A DNA stretch of 64,000 nt from an uncultured Rhodocyclaceae bacterium (GCA_964487715.1 CAZASE010000011.1:313-64312), one strand, 5' to 3'; counted from the stretch's first letter, positions 9,222-19,669 are shown. The notes: generated from the letters alone by a model not told the origin. A program made the numbers and translations.

Positions 9222-11713
9222 TGTCCGCCTGGCACCTGTCCTGGCAGATGCTCAAGCGCGATTTTCGCGCCGGCGAGCTGCGCCTGCTCGGGCTGGCGCT
9301 GCTGATCGCCGTCGCCAGCCTGTCCAGTGTCGGCTTCTTCTCCGACCGCCTGTCACGAGCTCTGGCGCGCGAGGCGCACCAGTTGCTCGGCGGCGACCTG
9401 CTGCTGCTGGCCGACCACGCCTGGGATGGCGCCTATCGCGCCGAAGCGGCGCGCCTCGGCCTGCGCGCTATCGCCAGCGTGAGCTTCCCGAGCATGGTGG
9501 CGCTCGACGGCGCCAGCAATCTGGCCGACGTCAAGGCGGTGCAGCCGGGCTATCCCCTGCGCGGGACGCTGCGGATCGCGCCGGCACTCAACCAGCCGGA
9601 TAGCGCGACACCGGACACGCCGTCGCCGGGCACGGTGTGGCTGGACGAACGGCTGACCACCGCGCTGGCCGCGAAGACCGGCGATACGGTCGCGCTCGGC
9701 GCCGCGCGCTTCACCGTCGGCGCCGTTCTCACGCTTGAGCCGGATCGTGGCTTGAATTTCTTCAACATCGCGCCGCGCTTGATGATGCATGCGGACGACT
9801 TGCCGGCGACCCGGCTGATCCAGGTCGGCAGCCGGGTCACCTGGCGGCTGCATCTGGCCGGCGACGCCGGCACCATCGCCGCCTACCAGAAATGGGCGGA
9901 AAGGCGCCTCGGCCGCGGCGAGCGCATCGAAACCCTCGACAATGCGCGGCCGGAAGTGCGCAGCGCGCTCGACCGTGCCGAGAAATTCCTGCGCTTGGCC
10001 GCGCTCCTGGCGGCCGTGCTGGCGGCGGTCGCGGTGGGATTGGCGTCGCGCCGCTTCATGCAACGGCACCTCGACGGTTGCGCCGTGATGCGTTGCCTTG
10101 GCGCGCACGAGGGCCAGCTGCTGCGGATTTACTTCGGCGAATTCCTGCTCTTCGGCGGCATCGTGTCCGCGCTCGGCTGCCTCGCCGGCTTCGCCGCGCA
10201 ATATGCGCTGGAGCGCATGCTGACGAAGCTGCTGACGACCGCGCTGCCGGCGCCCTCGCCCGCGCCGCTCGCATACGGCTTTGCCGTCGGTTTGGCCCTG
10301 CTGGGCGGGTTCGCCTTGCCGCAGCTGATGCGCCTGCGCAACGTGCCGACGGTTCGCGTGCTGCGGCGCGAGTGGGCCGAGGCCGAGCCGTTGGCGTGGA
10401 CCGGCTATGCCTTCGGCGCGGCCGTTCTGGCGGCCCTCATGTTGTGGATGGCCGCCGACCTCAAGCTCGGCCTGTGGGTGCTTGGCCTGTTCTCGCTTGC
10501 CGTCGCGAGCTACGCCGGCATTGCGCGTCTCGCGTTGTCGGGCGCCGGACGGCTGCGTGGTGCGGCCGGGGCCGGCTGGCGCTATGGCCTTGCCTCGCTG
10601 CATCGCCGCCTCGGCGCCAGCGTGATCCAGGCCGTCGCGCTTGGCCTGGGCATGACGGCGCTGCTGCTGCTGACCCTGGCGCGCGACGACCTGCTGTCCT
10701 CGTGGAAACGCAGTGTGCCGGCGGATGCGCCGAACCGTTTCGTCATCAACATCCAGCCGGAACAGCGCGAGCCGGTGCGCCAGCTGTTTGCCGCGGCAGG
10801 GATGGAAAAGCCGGCGCTGCTGCCGATGGTGCGCGGGCGCCTGGTGGCGGTGAATGGCCGTCCGGTCGCCGCAACGGACTACGCCGACGAGCGTGCGCAG
10901 CGTCTGGTCGAACGGGAGTTCAACCTCTCCTGGATGGCCGAGCTGCCAGCGGGCAACGCGCTTGCGGCGGGCCGCTGGTTCGCCGCCGAAGATGCCGACA
11001 GGGCGCAATTTTCGGTGGAGCAGGGGCTGGCGGATACGCTCAAACTCGGCTTGGGTGACCTGTTGCGCTACGAGATCGCCGGCCAGCGGCTGGAGGCGAA
11101 GATCACCTCGCTGCGGAAGCTCGAGTGGGACTCGATGCGCGTGAACTTCTTCGTCGTCACCCCACCCGGTGTGCTGGAGCCGTTTCCGGCCAGCTACATC
11201 ACCGCCTTCCACCTGCCGCCCGATCGGGCGGGTTTCGTCGGGCAGCTGGTGGCGGCCCATCCCAACCTGACGGTGATCGACGTCGCGTCCGTGCTGCGCC
11301 AGTTCCAGCTGGTGATGGACCAGCTGGCGCAGGCGGTGCAGTTCGTCTTCGCCTTCTCGCTCGTCGCCGGGCTGGCGGTGTTGTATGCCGCGCTCGAATC
11401 CACCCACGACGAACGCGAATACGAGATGGCCGTCCTGCGAACGCTGGGCGCACGCAATCGCCAGTTGCGCGCTGCCCTGGCGACAGAATTCGCCGTACTC
11501 GGCGCGATTGCCGGCATCACGGGCGGCATCGGCGCCGCTGTCATCAGCTGGCTGCTCGGACGCTTCGTGTTTCAGATGCCCTATGAACCGGCCTGGCTGG
11601 TGCTTCCGGCGGGGGTCGCCGGGGGCGTGCTCGGCGTCACGCTGGCGGGACTGGCCGGTACCGCGCGCAGCCTGCGTGTGCCGGCCCTGCAGAGCCTGCG
11701 CGCGCAGGCGTGA
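9221..11713 (+). CDS. ABC transporter permease, YbbP-like (duplicated FtsX/MacB architecture)
   Basis: RDFRAGELRLL, GYPLRG, PNRFVINIQP, REFNLSW, WDSMRVNFF; two TM bundles. Confidence 0.88.
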   Translation: MSAWHLSWQMLKRDFRAGELRLLGLALLIAVASLSSVGFFSDRLSRALAREAHQLLGGDLLLLADHAWDGAYRAEAARLGLRAIASVSFPSMVALDGASNLADVKAVQPGYPLRGTLRIAPALNQPDSATPDTPSPGTVWLDERLTTALAAKTGDTVALGAARFTVGAVLTLEPDRGLNFFNIAPRLMMHADDLPATRLIQVGSRVTWRLHLAGDAGTIAAYQKWAERRLGRGERIETLDNARPEVRSALDRAEKFLRLAALLAAVLAAVAVGLASRRFMQRHLDGCAVMRCLGAHEGQLLRIYFGEFLLFGGIVSALGCLAGFAAQYALERMLTKLLTTALPAPSPAPLAYGFAVGLALLGGFALPQLMRLRNVPTVRVLRREWAEAEPLAWTGYAFGAAVLAALMLWMAADLKLGLWVLGLFSLAVASYAGIARLALSGAGRLRGAAGAGWRYGLASLHRRLGASVIQAVALGLGMTALLLLTLARDDLLSSWKRSVPADAPNRFVINIQPEQREPVRQLFAAAGMEKPALLPMVRGRLVAVNGRPVAATDYADERAQRLVEREFNLSWMAELPAGNALAAGRWFAAEDADRAQFSVEQGLADTLKLGLGDLLRYEIAGQRLEAKITSLRKLEWDSMRVNFFVVTPPGVLEPFPASYITAFHLPPDRAGFVGQLVAAHPNLTVIDVASVLRQFQLVMDQLAQAVQFVFAFSLVAGLAVLYAALESTHDEREYEMAVLRTLGARNRQLRAALATEFAVLGAIAGITGGIGAAVISWLLGRFVFQMPYEPAWLVLPAGVAGGVLGVTLAGLAGTARSLRVPALQSLRAQA

Positions 11714-11751
11714 CAAATACCACGAAAGGGATAGGCAAGCAGATGTGTCGC

Positions 11752-11760
11752 TGCTATACT
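11752..11760 (+). promoter_or_regulatory. Extended -10 element upstream of rmuC
   Basis: TGCTATACT in AT-rich intergenic DNA about 80 bp before ATG 11841. Confidence 0.45.
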
Positions 11761-11840
11761 CAATCTCATAATTAGAACGCAACCCTCTGTGTTGGCATGG
11801 GTTTTCCGTGCTGCGGCTCCGCAGGGGACTTGAGGGGGAC

Positions 11841-13145
11841 ATGCCCGATCCATTGACGGTGGCCGCGCTCCTTGCAGCGATTGCGGCGGTATTCTTCATC
11901 CTCTGGCGAATTGCCGCGCTTCACGCGGCGACGAAGGACCTTCCATCCGGCATCGACGCGGCGCTCGCAGAGCGGCATCGTGCCATGCTCGTCGACCTGC
12001 ATGAAGGGCTCAACCGCCAGGGTGACCGCCTTCTCTCGCAAAGCGCCGAATCCGGCGAACGGCTGCAAAAGACCCTCGCGGAACTGAATGCCTCGTTCCA
12101 GTCCAAACAGGACCAGCTGCGCGCCGAGGTCCTCGAACAGATCATGTTGAAACTGGCGGAGCAGGCACGGGCCGACCGTGAACTGCTGCAGGGCGGCCTC
12201 GGCCAGGCGACGGCACAGCTTTCGGCAAGCATGGAGAGCCTCACGCGGAGCATCAACGAACGGCTCGAGCAGATCAGCGGCCGGGTCAGCGAACGCCTCG
12301 ACGAAGGCTTCAAGAAGACCAACGAAACCTTCGTAAACGTCATGGCGCGCCTTGCCACCATCGACGAGGCGCAGAAGAAGATCGATGGACTCACCACCAA
12401 TGTCGTCAGCCTGCAGGAGCTGCTCGGCGACAAGAAGGCGCGCGGCGCCTTCGGTGAAGTCCAGCTCGAAGCGCTGGTGCGCAATCTGCTGCCGCCGGGC
12501 AGTTTCGACTTCCAGTACACCCTCGGCAACGGTACGCGCGTCGACTGCGTGCTGAAGCTGCCGGAGCCGACCGGCCTGGTGGCGGTGGATTCCAAGTTCC
12601 CGCTGGAAAACTACCACCGCATGTTTGCCGCAGACACGTCCGAACTGGAGCGCCGGGCCGCCCAGGCGGCTTTCCGCGCCGACCTGCGCCGGCACATCGA
12701 CGCCATCGCCGCAAAATACATCATCGCCAGCGAGACGTCCGACGGTGCCGTGATGTTCGTGCCGGCCGAAGCCGTTTTCGCCGAGATCCACGCTTACCAC
12801 GGCGAGGTGGTCAGCCATGCCATGCAAAAGCGTGTGTGGATCGTCTCGCCGACGACGCTGATGGCCGTCCTGAACACGGCGCGGGCTGTGCTCAAGGATG
12901 TCGAGACGCGGCGGCAGATACACATCATCAAGGATGCCCTCGGCAAACTGTCCAAGGATTTCGCCCGCTTCGACGAACGCATGCAGAAGCTCGCCGCACA
13001 CATCGATCTGGCGCAGAAAGACGTGCAGGACGTGCAGATCAGCAGCCGGAAGATCACCGGGCATTTCGCCCGCATCGAGGGTGCCGAACTCGACGAGCCA
13101 CCGCTGCTGGCGCCGGTTCCCTACCGCAAGACGGGGGAAGAATGA
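11841..13145 (+). CDS. rmuC: DNA recombination protein RmuC
   Basis: N-terminal TM, coiled coil, RGAFGEVQLE, VDSKFP, MFVPAE, SPTTLMAVL. Confidence 0.93.
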   Translation: MPDPLTVAALLAAIAAVFFILWRIAALHAATKDLPSGIDAALAERHRAMLVDLHEGLNRQGDRLLSQSAESGERLQKTLAELNASFQSKQDQLRAEVLEQIMLKLAEQARADRELLQGGLGQATAQLSASMESLTRSINERLEQISGRVSERLDEGFKKTNETFVNVMARLATIDEAQKKIDGLTTNVVSLQELLGDKKARGAFGEVQLEALVRNLLPPGSFDFQYTLGNGTRVDCVLKLPEPTGLVAVDSKFPLENYHRMFAADTSELERRAAQAAFRADLRRHIDAIAAKYIIASETSDGAVMFVPAEAVFAEIHAYHGEVVSHAMQKRVWIVSPTTLMAVLNTARAVLKDVETRRQIHIIKDALGKLSKDFARFDERMQKLAAHIDLAQKDVQDVQISSRKITGHFARIEGAELDEPPLLAPVPYRKTGEE

Positions 13146-15001
13146 TGGCGGGCCGGCCCTTGGCTCCGGCCGCCGGCGTCCGGCGGCTGCTCGCGGCGCT
13201 CGCGGCGCTGCTTTGCTGCGGCAGCGCGCTGGCACTGGGCGAAGCCGACGGCGCGCGACCGCTGGCCGTCTTCTGGTTCGCCGGACTGGGCGGCGCCAGC
13301 GCCCTTGGCGGCTGGCTGGCGTGGCAGACCTTCACATCCGGCCGCGTGCGCGAGCAGCTGACATTGATCGAAACCGCGTTGCGCGGCATCGAAACGGCGG
13401 TCGTCGGAACGGACGACCACGGACATGTCTTTTTCGCCAACGCCGCGGCGGCGAAGCTTGCCGGCATCGATCAGACCGACCTGGCCGGGCGCGATTTCGC
13501 CGAGGCATTTCCACTGCGCAGCGCCGCGGACGGGCAGCCGGTCCTGCTGCCGCAGTTGCGCGGCGCCGGTGCCGACGCCACGCCGGTCGTGCGTGCGGTG
13601 CTCAGCGACAGCGGCGGCAATGAGCATGTGCTGGATATCAGTTGCTCTTCCGACGCCAGCGGGCGACGCCCGGTGAGTTTTCTCGTCATGACCGATGTGT
13701 CGGTCCCGCACGGGATTTCGCTCGAGCTGTTCTGGCAGGCGCATCACGACGTGCTCACCGGCCTGGTCAACCGGCGCGGTTTCGAAGATGCGTTGCGCGA
13801 CGCGATCGCCGCCAGCGAGCCGGATAAACAGCATGCACTGCTGTTCGTCGATCTGGACCGCTTCAAGCTGATCAACGACAGCAGCGGCCATGCCGCGGGC
13901 GACGAATTCCTGCGGCAGATCGCCGCCGTCCTGCGGGCGCGCGTGCGAACGACGGATGTGCTGGCGCGTATGGGCGGCGACGAGTTCTGCGTACTGCTGC
14001 ACGCCTGCCCGGTGGAGCAGGCGCTGCGCATCGCCAACGCCGTGCGCATGGACATTGCGAACTTCCGCTTCGTCTGGCGTGACCGCGTATTTCACGTCGG
14101 TGCCAGCATCGGCCTCGTCGTGCTGTCCGATCCGGCGGCGACGCCGGCCGAGGTGCTCGAACAGGCCGACAGCGCCTGCTATTCGGCCAAGGAGGCCGGC
14201 CGCGACCAGATCCGCGTTTACCACGCGACGGCCGCCGCGCATGCGCCGCGCGCCGACATGAATATCGTCGAGACCATCCACGATGCCATCGAGCGCAACG
14301 GCTTTCGCCTGTTCCGCCAGCGCATTGCCGGATTGCGTCCCGAAGACGCGAAGGCCCGGCATTTCGAACTGCTGCTGCGCCTGGTCGATCGCGAGGGCAA
14401 GATCGTGCCGCCGATGGTCTTCATCCCGTCGGCGGAGCGGCACAACATGATGCAGGCGATCGATCGCTGGGTGCTGTCGAATGCGCTGGCGGCGATCCGG
14501 CGCGACGGCGAGACCAATCCCGGCGTGTCCGGCATCTTCGACATCAACCTGTCCGCCGCCAGCATCAACGACAGCCGCTTTCCGCAATTCGTTCGCGAGC
14601 AGATCACCCTGCACCAGGTGCCGCCCGAGGCGATCTGCTTCGAAATCACCGAGACGCTCGCGGTGTCGAATCTTACCAAGGCGGCGGAATTGATCCGCGA
14701 ACTGAAGTCACTCGGGCTGCGCTTTGCGCTCGACGACTTCGGCGCCGGCATGTGCTCCTTCGCCTATCTCAAACATTTGCCGGTGGATTACGTCAAGATC
14801 GACGGGGCCTTCGTCCGCGACCTGTTTGCCGATCCGATGAATATGGAGATCGTTACCGCCATCAACAACATCTCCCATGCGCTCGGCATGAAGACCATCG
14901 CCGAGTTCGTCGAGACGGAGGGTACGCTGACGCGGTTGCGCGAAATGGGCGTCGATTTTGCCCAGGGCCACGCCGTCGGCCGCCCGTTCTACTTTTCCTG
15001 A
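13142..15001 (+). CDS. PAS-GGDEF-EAL c-di-GMP signalling protein
   Basis: HDVLTGLVNRR, GGDEF intact, ELLLRL, ALDDFG, VKIDG; N-terminal hydrophobic segments. Confidence 0.92.
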   Translation: MMAGRPLAPAAGVRRLLAALAALLCCGSALALGEADGARPLAVFWFAGLGGASALGGWLAWQTFTSGRVREQLTLIETALRGIETAVVGTDDHGHVFFANAAAAKLAGIDQTDLAGRDFAEAFPLRSAADGQPVLLPQLRGAGADATPVVRAVLSDSGGNEHVLDISCSSDASGRRPVSFLVMTDVSVPHGISLELFWQAHHDVLTGLVNRRGFEDALRDAIAASEPDKQHALLFVDLDRFKLINDSSGHAAGDEFLRQIAAVLRARVRTTDVLARMGGDEFCVLLHACPVEQALRIANAVRMDIANFRFVWRDRVFHVGASIGLVVLSDPAATPAEVLEQADSACYSAKEAGRDQIRVYHATAAAHAPRADMNIVETIHDAIERNGFRLFRQRIAGLRPEDAKARHFELLLRLVDREGKIVPPMVFIPSAERHNMMQAIDRWVLSNALAAIRRDGETNPGVSGIFDINLSAASINDSRFPQFVREQITLHQVPPEAICFEITETLAVSNLTKAAELIRELKSLGLRFALDDFGAGMCSFAYLKHLPVDYVKIDGAFVRDLFADPMNMEIVTAINNISHALGMKTIAEFVETEGTLTRLREMGVDFAQGHAVGRPFYFS

Positions 15002-15876
15002 ACACGCAGGCGCCCCAGGGGGCCGAGGTCGTAGCCGCCCAGTTGCGCAGCCAGCGCACGCAGCGGTGCGCTGGCCATCACATTGAGCAGCTGCTGGAAC
15101 AGTTTGCGGAAATAGACCTGGCGCGGCAGGACGAAGTCGAAGCATTCGTGCCCCAGTGCGACGAACGGCAGGCCGAATTCGCCGGCCGCGCTGCGCGTCC
15201 CCGGTGCGCAGTCGGCGACGCCGTTGCGTACCAGGAAGGCAGCATCCCTTTCGTTGATCGCCTGCTGTGCGACCGCGAATTTCACCGTGTCGCATCCGGC
15301 GAGCGTTTCGAAGAAGGCGTGCGAACCGCTGCCCGGCCGCCGCATCGCCCAGCGCAGGGCGGGATCGCGCAGGTCGAATCCGGTCAGTCCCGGACGCAGC
15401 ATGACCCCCTGCTCGCGCAGCGCCATCTGCACGACGACCCAATGGCCGTTGCCCGGATATTCCGCGATCAGGCGCGCATGACTGTTCGCCGCCGCCTCGG
15501 CCGCGCCCCAGTGAATGGTGGCGACGCTGGCCTGGCGCTGCGCCAGCTTCTCCAGGCCGTGCCGCGTTCCGCCGGGGCAGTAGGCGATCAGGCCTTCGGC
15601 GCCGATTTCGGCGGCGAGGCGGGCGATCGCATGCGCCAGCAGGGGATCGTCGCTGCCAGCGACGATGAGGCGATCGGAGAGCGCGCCGCCATGCGCCGTT
15701 TCCAGCAGCCACTGGTCAAGCAGGACACGCGGAAACAGCCATTTTCCCGTGGCCCGGGTGGCGGGAATCTGCCCCTCCTGGATCAGGGCATAGAGCGTTT
15801 TCTCGTTGAGGTGCAGATACTCGGCGGCCTGCCTGACGGTGAGATAGGTTTCGTCGGCAGCACCGCGCTCCTGCAT
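14989..15876 (-). CDS. Excisionase-type HTH plus periplasmic-binding-protein-like domain transcriptional regulator
   Basis: YLTVRQAAEYLHLNEKTLY..G.IPA...GKWLF; AGSDDPLL, REQG, RRPGSGS. Confidence 0.82.
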   Translation of the reverse strand: MQERGAADETYLTVRQAAEYLHLNEKTLYALIQEGQIPATRATGKWLFPRVLLDQWLLETAHGGALSDRLIVAGSDDPLLAHAIARLAAEIGAEGLIAYCPGGTRHGLEKLAQRQASVATIHWGAAEAAANSHARLIAEYPGNGHWVVVQMALREQGVMLRPGLTGFDLRDPALRWAMRRPGSGSHAFFETLAGCDTVKFAVAQQAINERDAAFLVRNGVADCAPGTRSAAGEFGLPFVALGHECFDFVLPRQVYFRKLFQQLLNVMASAPLRALAAQLGGYDLGPLGRLRVQEK

Positions 15877-17138
15877 CAGGCCAACCCTTCCATCGCTTGC
15901 ACCAGCACGGCTTCGCCCGGCTCGACATTGCCACGCTCTGGCTCGATGACGATGAAGCAATTGGCTTCCGCCATCGAACTGAGAATGCCGGAGCCCTGCG
16001 CGCCGGTGGCGCGCACCTTCCATTCGCCGCCTTCCTGGAACAGCACGCCGCGCTGGAATTCGCTGCGGCCGGATCGCTTCTTCAGCGGCGTGACGCAGGG
16101 CACGCGAAACTGCGGCAACGGCTCGGTTGGCGCGGTGCCCATCAGCTTCTGCAGGGCCTCGCGCACGAACTGGTAGAAGGTGACCATTACGGCGACCGGG
16201 TTGCCGGGCAGGCCGAACAGCCACGCGTCGCCGATTTTCCCGAAGGCCATCGGCCGGCCCGGCCGCATGGCGATCTTCCAGAAGGCCACTTCGCCGAGCT
16301 GCGTCATCAGGCCGCGGATGAAATCTGCCTCGCCGACCGAGACGCCGCCGCTCGTGATGATGGCATCGGCGCGGGCCGCGGCTTCCCGGAAAGCCGCCTC
16401 GATGGCCTCGGGGCGGTCGCGCACCACGCCCAGGTCCACCACTTCGCAACCCAGGCGCGTCAGCATGCCGAAGAGCGTGTAGCGGTTGCTGTCGTACACC
16501 TCGCCTTCGCTCAGCGGCGTGCCGATCGAGCAGAGTTCATCCCCGGTCGAGAAGAAGGCGACGCGCAGGCGCCGTTTTACCATCACCTCGGCGATGCCGA
16601 GCGAGGCGATCAGGCCCAGTTCCGCGGGCCGTACCTGCTTGCCGGCGCGCAGGGCCGGCGTGCCGGCGCGCAAGTCCTCGCCGGCGTGGCGCACGTGCTG
16701 GCCGGGCCGCTGTTTCGGCGGAATGCGGACGCACTCCCCGTCGGCCCTGACGATTTCCTGGATGACGACCGTGTCCGTGCCCGGCGGAATCACGCCGCCC
16801 GTCATGATGCGCACGCATTCGCCGGGCGCGACCGTGCCGGTGAAGCCGCGGCCGGCGAAGGCGGTGCCGGCGACTTTCAGCATGGTCTCGCCTTCGGCTG
16901 CGAGGTCGCTGTGGCGCACGGCGTAGCCGTCCATGGCGGCGTTGTCGTGGCCCGGCACGTTCATCGTCGAGATGACGTCTTCGGCCAGCACGCGGCCGAG
17001 GGCGTCGCGCACGGACAGGCGCTCGCTGCCGTCGATCGGCGCGAGCAGGTCAAGGATGATCTGCCGCGCCTGCGCCACGCCGAGCGATTCGGGATCGTAG
17101 TCGTCGGCGCAGGAAAGGCCCTTCAGCAGCGAAGTCAT
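15876..17138 (-). CDS. moeA: Molybdopterin molybdotransferase
   Basis: AMDGYA, IMTGG..P, STGDEL, SGGVSVG, LPGNPV. Confidence 0.95.
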   Translation of the reverse strand: MTSLLKGLSCADDYDPESLGVAQARQIILDLLAPIDGSERLSVRDALGRVLAEDVISTMNVPGHDNAAMDGYAVRHSDLAAEGETMLKVAGTAFAGRGFTGTVAPGECVRIMTGGVIPPGTDTVVIQEIVRADGECVRIPPKQRPGQHVRHAGEDLRAGTPALRAGKQVRPAELGLIASLGIAEVMVKRRLRVAFFSTGDELCSIGTPLSEGEVYDSNRYTLFGMLTRLGCEVVDLGVVRDRPEAIEAAFREAAARADAIITSGGVSVGEADFIRGLMTQLGEVAFWKIAMRPGRPMAFGKIGDAWLFGLPGNPVAVMVTFYQFVREALQKLMGTAPTEPLPQFRVPCVTPLKKRSGRSEFQRGVLFQEGGEWKVRATGAQGSGILSSMAEANCFIVIEPERGNVEPGEAVLVQAMEGLA

Positions 17139-17704
17139 GATTCGAGCTGGTTCAGTTCGTCCAGCGTGTTGATGTTGGAGAAGGCGTTCTCGTCGGCGAA
17201 GGGGACCTCGGCGACCTTCAGCGCGGCATACCAGGCGTCGATCTTGCGGCCACCGGATTCGAGGTAGGTCGTCAGGCCGGCCAGCGCTTCGCGCCGCACC
17301 AGCGAGAAGACCGGATGCGGCTGTTCGCCGGTCCAGGCGACGGCGAGATCGGCGCCGTGCGCCTCCAGCGCGGCCCGCAGCCGCACCACCAGGTCGGCCG
17401 GCAGGAATGGCGAGTCGCAGGGCACCGTGACGAGCAGCGGCGTTTCAGCCGCCAGCAGGCCGGTATGCAGGCCGGCGAGCGGGCCGGCAAAGCCACCGAT
17501 GCGGTCGGGCAGCACCGGATAGCCAAAGGCCGCATAGGTCTCGATGTTCTGGTTGGCGTTGATCAGCAGGGCGTCCACCTGCGGCGCCAGGCGCTCGATC
17601 GACCAGGCTGCCATCGGCCTGCCGCGGAACGGCTGCAGGCCCTTGTCGCGCCCGCCCATGCGGCGACCCATGCCGCCGGCGAGGATGAGACCGGTGATCT
17701 TCAT
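17135..17704 (-). CDS. mobA: Molybdenum cofactor guanylyltransferase
   Basis: ILAGGMGRRMGGRDKGL, GPLAG, VPCDSPFLP, NINT. Confidence 0.95.
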   Translation of the reverse strand: MKITGLILAGGMGRRMGGRDKGLQPFRGRPMAAWSIERLAPQVDALLINANQNIETYAAFGYPVLPDRIGGFAGPLAGLHTGLLAAETPLLVTVPCDSPFLPADLVVRLRAALEAHGADLAVAWTGEQPHPVFSLVRREALAGLTTYLESGGRKIDAWYAALKVAEVPFADENAFSNINTLDELNQLES

Positions 17705-18531
17705 GCAGCGGGGACCGGCGCGGCAGCCTTGCGCAAGCGCGGGTGGCCGGTGAACAACAGGTAATGTTTGCCCTGCGAGCGGCCGATCAGGGTGATGCCG
17801 ATCCTGCGGGCGATGTCGTAACCCATCTGCGTCAGGCCGGAACGCGAGACGAGGAACGGGATGCCCATCTGAGCCGCCTTGATGACCATCTCCGAGGTGA
17901 GCCGGCCGGTGGTGTAGAAGACCTTGTCGCCGCCATCGAGTCCCTCCAGCCACATGCGGCCGGCGATGGCATCGACGGCATTGTGGCGGCCGATGTCCTC
18001 GACGAACATGAGGATCTCGGCGCCCCGTGCCAGCGCGCAGCCATGCACGGCACCGGCCTGCTTGTAGATCGATTCGTGGCGCCGCACCGCGTCGAGCAGG
18101 CCGTACAGGGTTTCCTCGTCCAGGTGCGTGTCTTCCGGCAGACGCATCCGGTCGATCTCGTCCATCAGGTTGCCGAACATGGTGCCCTGGCCGCAGCCGG
18201 TGGTGACCGTGCGTTTCTCCATGCGTTCGTCGAGGTCGCCGGTCTGCCGATGCGTGGTGACGGCCACGGAATCGGTCTCCCAGTCCACCTGCACCGCAGC
18301 GATGTCTTCGAGCGCAGCCACCAGCCGCTGGTTGCGCAGATAGCCGATGGCCAGTGCCTCGGGCGCCGCGCCGAGGGTCATCAGCGTGACGATTTCGCGC
18401 TTGTCGAGGTAAAGCGTCAGCGGATGCTCGCCGGCAATCTGCGTCGCCACCGCCTCGCCGTGCTCGTTGGTGGCGGCGATGGTGATGGTTGCCGGCCGGG
18501 CGGCGTCGGTGAGTTGCGGGCGGTACACCAC
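17701..18531 (-). CDS. fdhD: Formate dehydrogenase accessory sulfurtransferase
   Basis: TTGCGQG, GAVHGCAL, EDIGRHNAVD, TGRLTSEMV. Confidence 0.93.
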   Translation of the reverse strand: MVYRPQLTDAARPATITIAATNEHGEAVATQIAGEHPLTLYLDKREIVTLMTLGAAPEALAIGYLRNQRLVAALEDIAAVQVDWETDSVAVTTHRQTGDLDERMEKRTVTTGCGQGTMFGNLMDEIDRMRLPEDTHLDEETLYGLLDAVRRHESIYKQAGAVHGCALARGAEILMFVEDIGRHNAVDAIAGRMWLEGLDGGDKVFYTTGRLTSEMVIKAAQMGIPFLVSRSGLTQMGYDIARRIGITLIGRSQGKHYLLFTGHPRLRKAAAPVPAA

Positions 18532-18536
18532 GGCGT

Positions 18537-19616
18537 TCAGCCGCCCGTCATCGACATGAAACGGACCACCTGCGGGTTCTGCATCTGCTCGTTGAAGTCA
18601 TGGCCTTTCGGCTTGATGCCCATCGAGTCGACAATCGCCTGGCGCAGCGGCGCATCGTCATCCGGGTTGCCGCGCAGCACCGGCATGAGGGCCAGCGCGT
18701 CGTTCTGCCCGAGGCAGGGGTACAGCTCCCCCTTGCAGGTAATGCGTACGCGGTTGCAGCTGTCGCAGAAATTGTGCGAATGGGGCGAGATGAAGCCGAC
18801 CTTGGTGTTGGTGGCGGGGATCCGCCAGTAATGCGCCGGACCGCCGGTATTCTCGGGCGAGCTGAGCAGTTCGAAGCGCCGGCGCAGCAGGAGCAGCGCC
18901 TCGTCGCTGCTGAAATAGGTGTCGGCACGCGGATGGTCGACCGTGCCGAGCGGCATTTCCTCGATGAAGGAGATGTCGATGCCCTTGTCGACCGCGAACT
19001 GCACCAGGTCGCAGAATTCATCGTCGTTCTGGCCGCGCATCATCACCGTGTTGAGCTTGATGCCGGCGAAACCCGCGGCGCGCGCCGCGTCGATGCCGCG
19101 CAAAACCTTGTCGATTTCCCCCACGCGGGTGATCGACCGGAAGCGCGCGGCATTCAACGTGTCCAGGCTGATATTCACTCTTTTCACGCCGGCGTCGCGC
19201 ATTTCGCCGGCGTAGCGTTCGAGTTGCGAGCCATTCGTGGTGACGACCAGCTCCTTCAGGCCCGGCAGTTTGCCGATCTGGCCGAGCAGCCACATCGCAT
19301 TGCGTCGCACCAGCGGCTCGCCACCGGTGATGCGCACCTTGGTCACGCCCATGCCGACGAAAGTGCGCGCGATGCGCAGGCACTCCTCCAGACTCAGCAG
19401 GTGGTCGCGCGGCAGGAACTCCATCTCTTCCGCCATGCAGTAGAAGCAGCGGAAGTCGCAACGGTCGGTGATCGACAGGCGGATGTAGGTGATGTGGCGG
19501 CCGTACTTGTCCACCAGGGTGCCGGCGGCATGGGCCGAGGTGGCAGGCGTGGTGGACGGCACGAAGCCCTCGAGGGAGGAGGGCACTACTTCGGGGGTCA
19601 GGGATTCATTTCTCAA
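18537..19616 (-). CDS. moaA: GTP 3',8-cyclase (start codon uncertain)
   Basis: CDFRCFYC radical SAM motif, TGGEPL, FCDSCNRVR, C-terminal MSMTGG. Confidence 0.95.
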   Translation of the reverse strand: MRNESLTPEVVPSSLEGFVPSTTPATSAHAAGTLVDKYGRHITYIRLSITDRCDFRCFYCMAEEMEFLPRDHLLSLEECLRIARTFVGMGVTKVRITGGEPLVRRNAMWLLGQIGKLPGLKELVVTTNGSQLERYAGEMRDAGVKRVNISLDTLNAARFRSITRVGEIDKVLRGIDAARAAGFAGIKLNTVMMRGQNDDEFCDLVQFAVDKGIDISFIEEMPLGTVDHPRADTYFSSDEALLLLRRRFELLSSPENTGGPAHYWRIPATNTKVGFISPHSHNFCDSCNRVRITCKGELYPCLGQNDALALMPVLRGNPDDDAPLRQAIVDSMGIKPKGHDFNEQMQNPQVVRFMSMTGG

Positions 19617-19669
19617 CTTCTTTGCCTTCGCGAATGAGATTGGCTACCATCGAACAATGGGCTGAATAT

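Noticed and set aside
11710-11775. GTGA-initiated short ORF after the ABC permease
   Set aside because: Ends about 65 nt before rmuC within a promoter region; not a bridge
11791-11808. TTGGCATGGGTTTTCC as a sigma54 promoter for rmuC
   Set aside because: No GC at the -12 position
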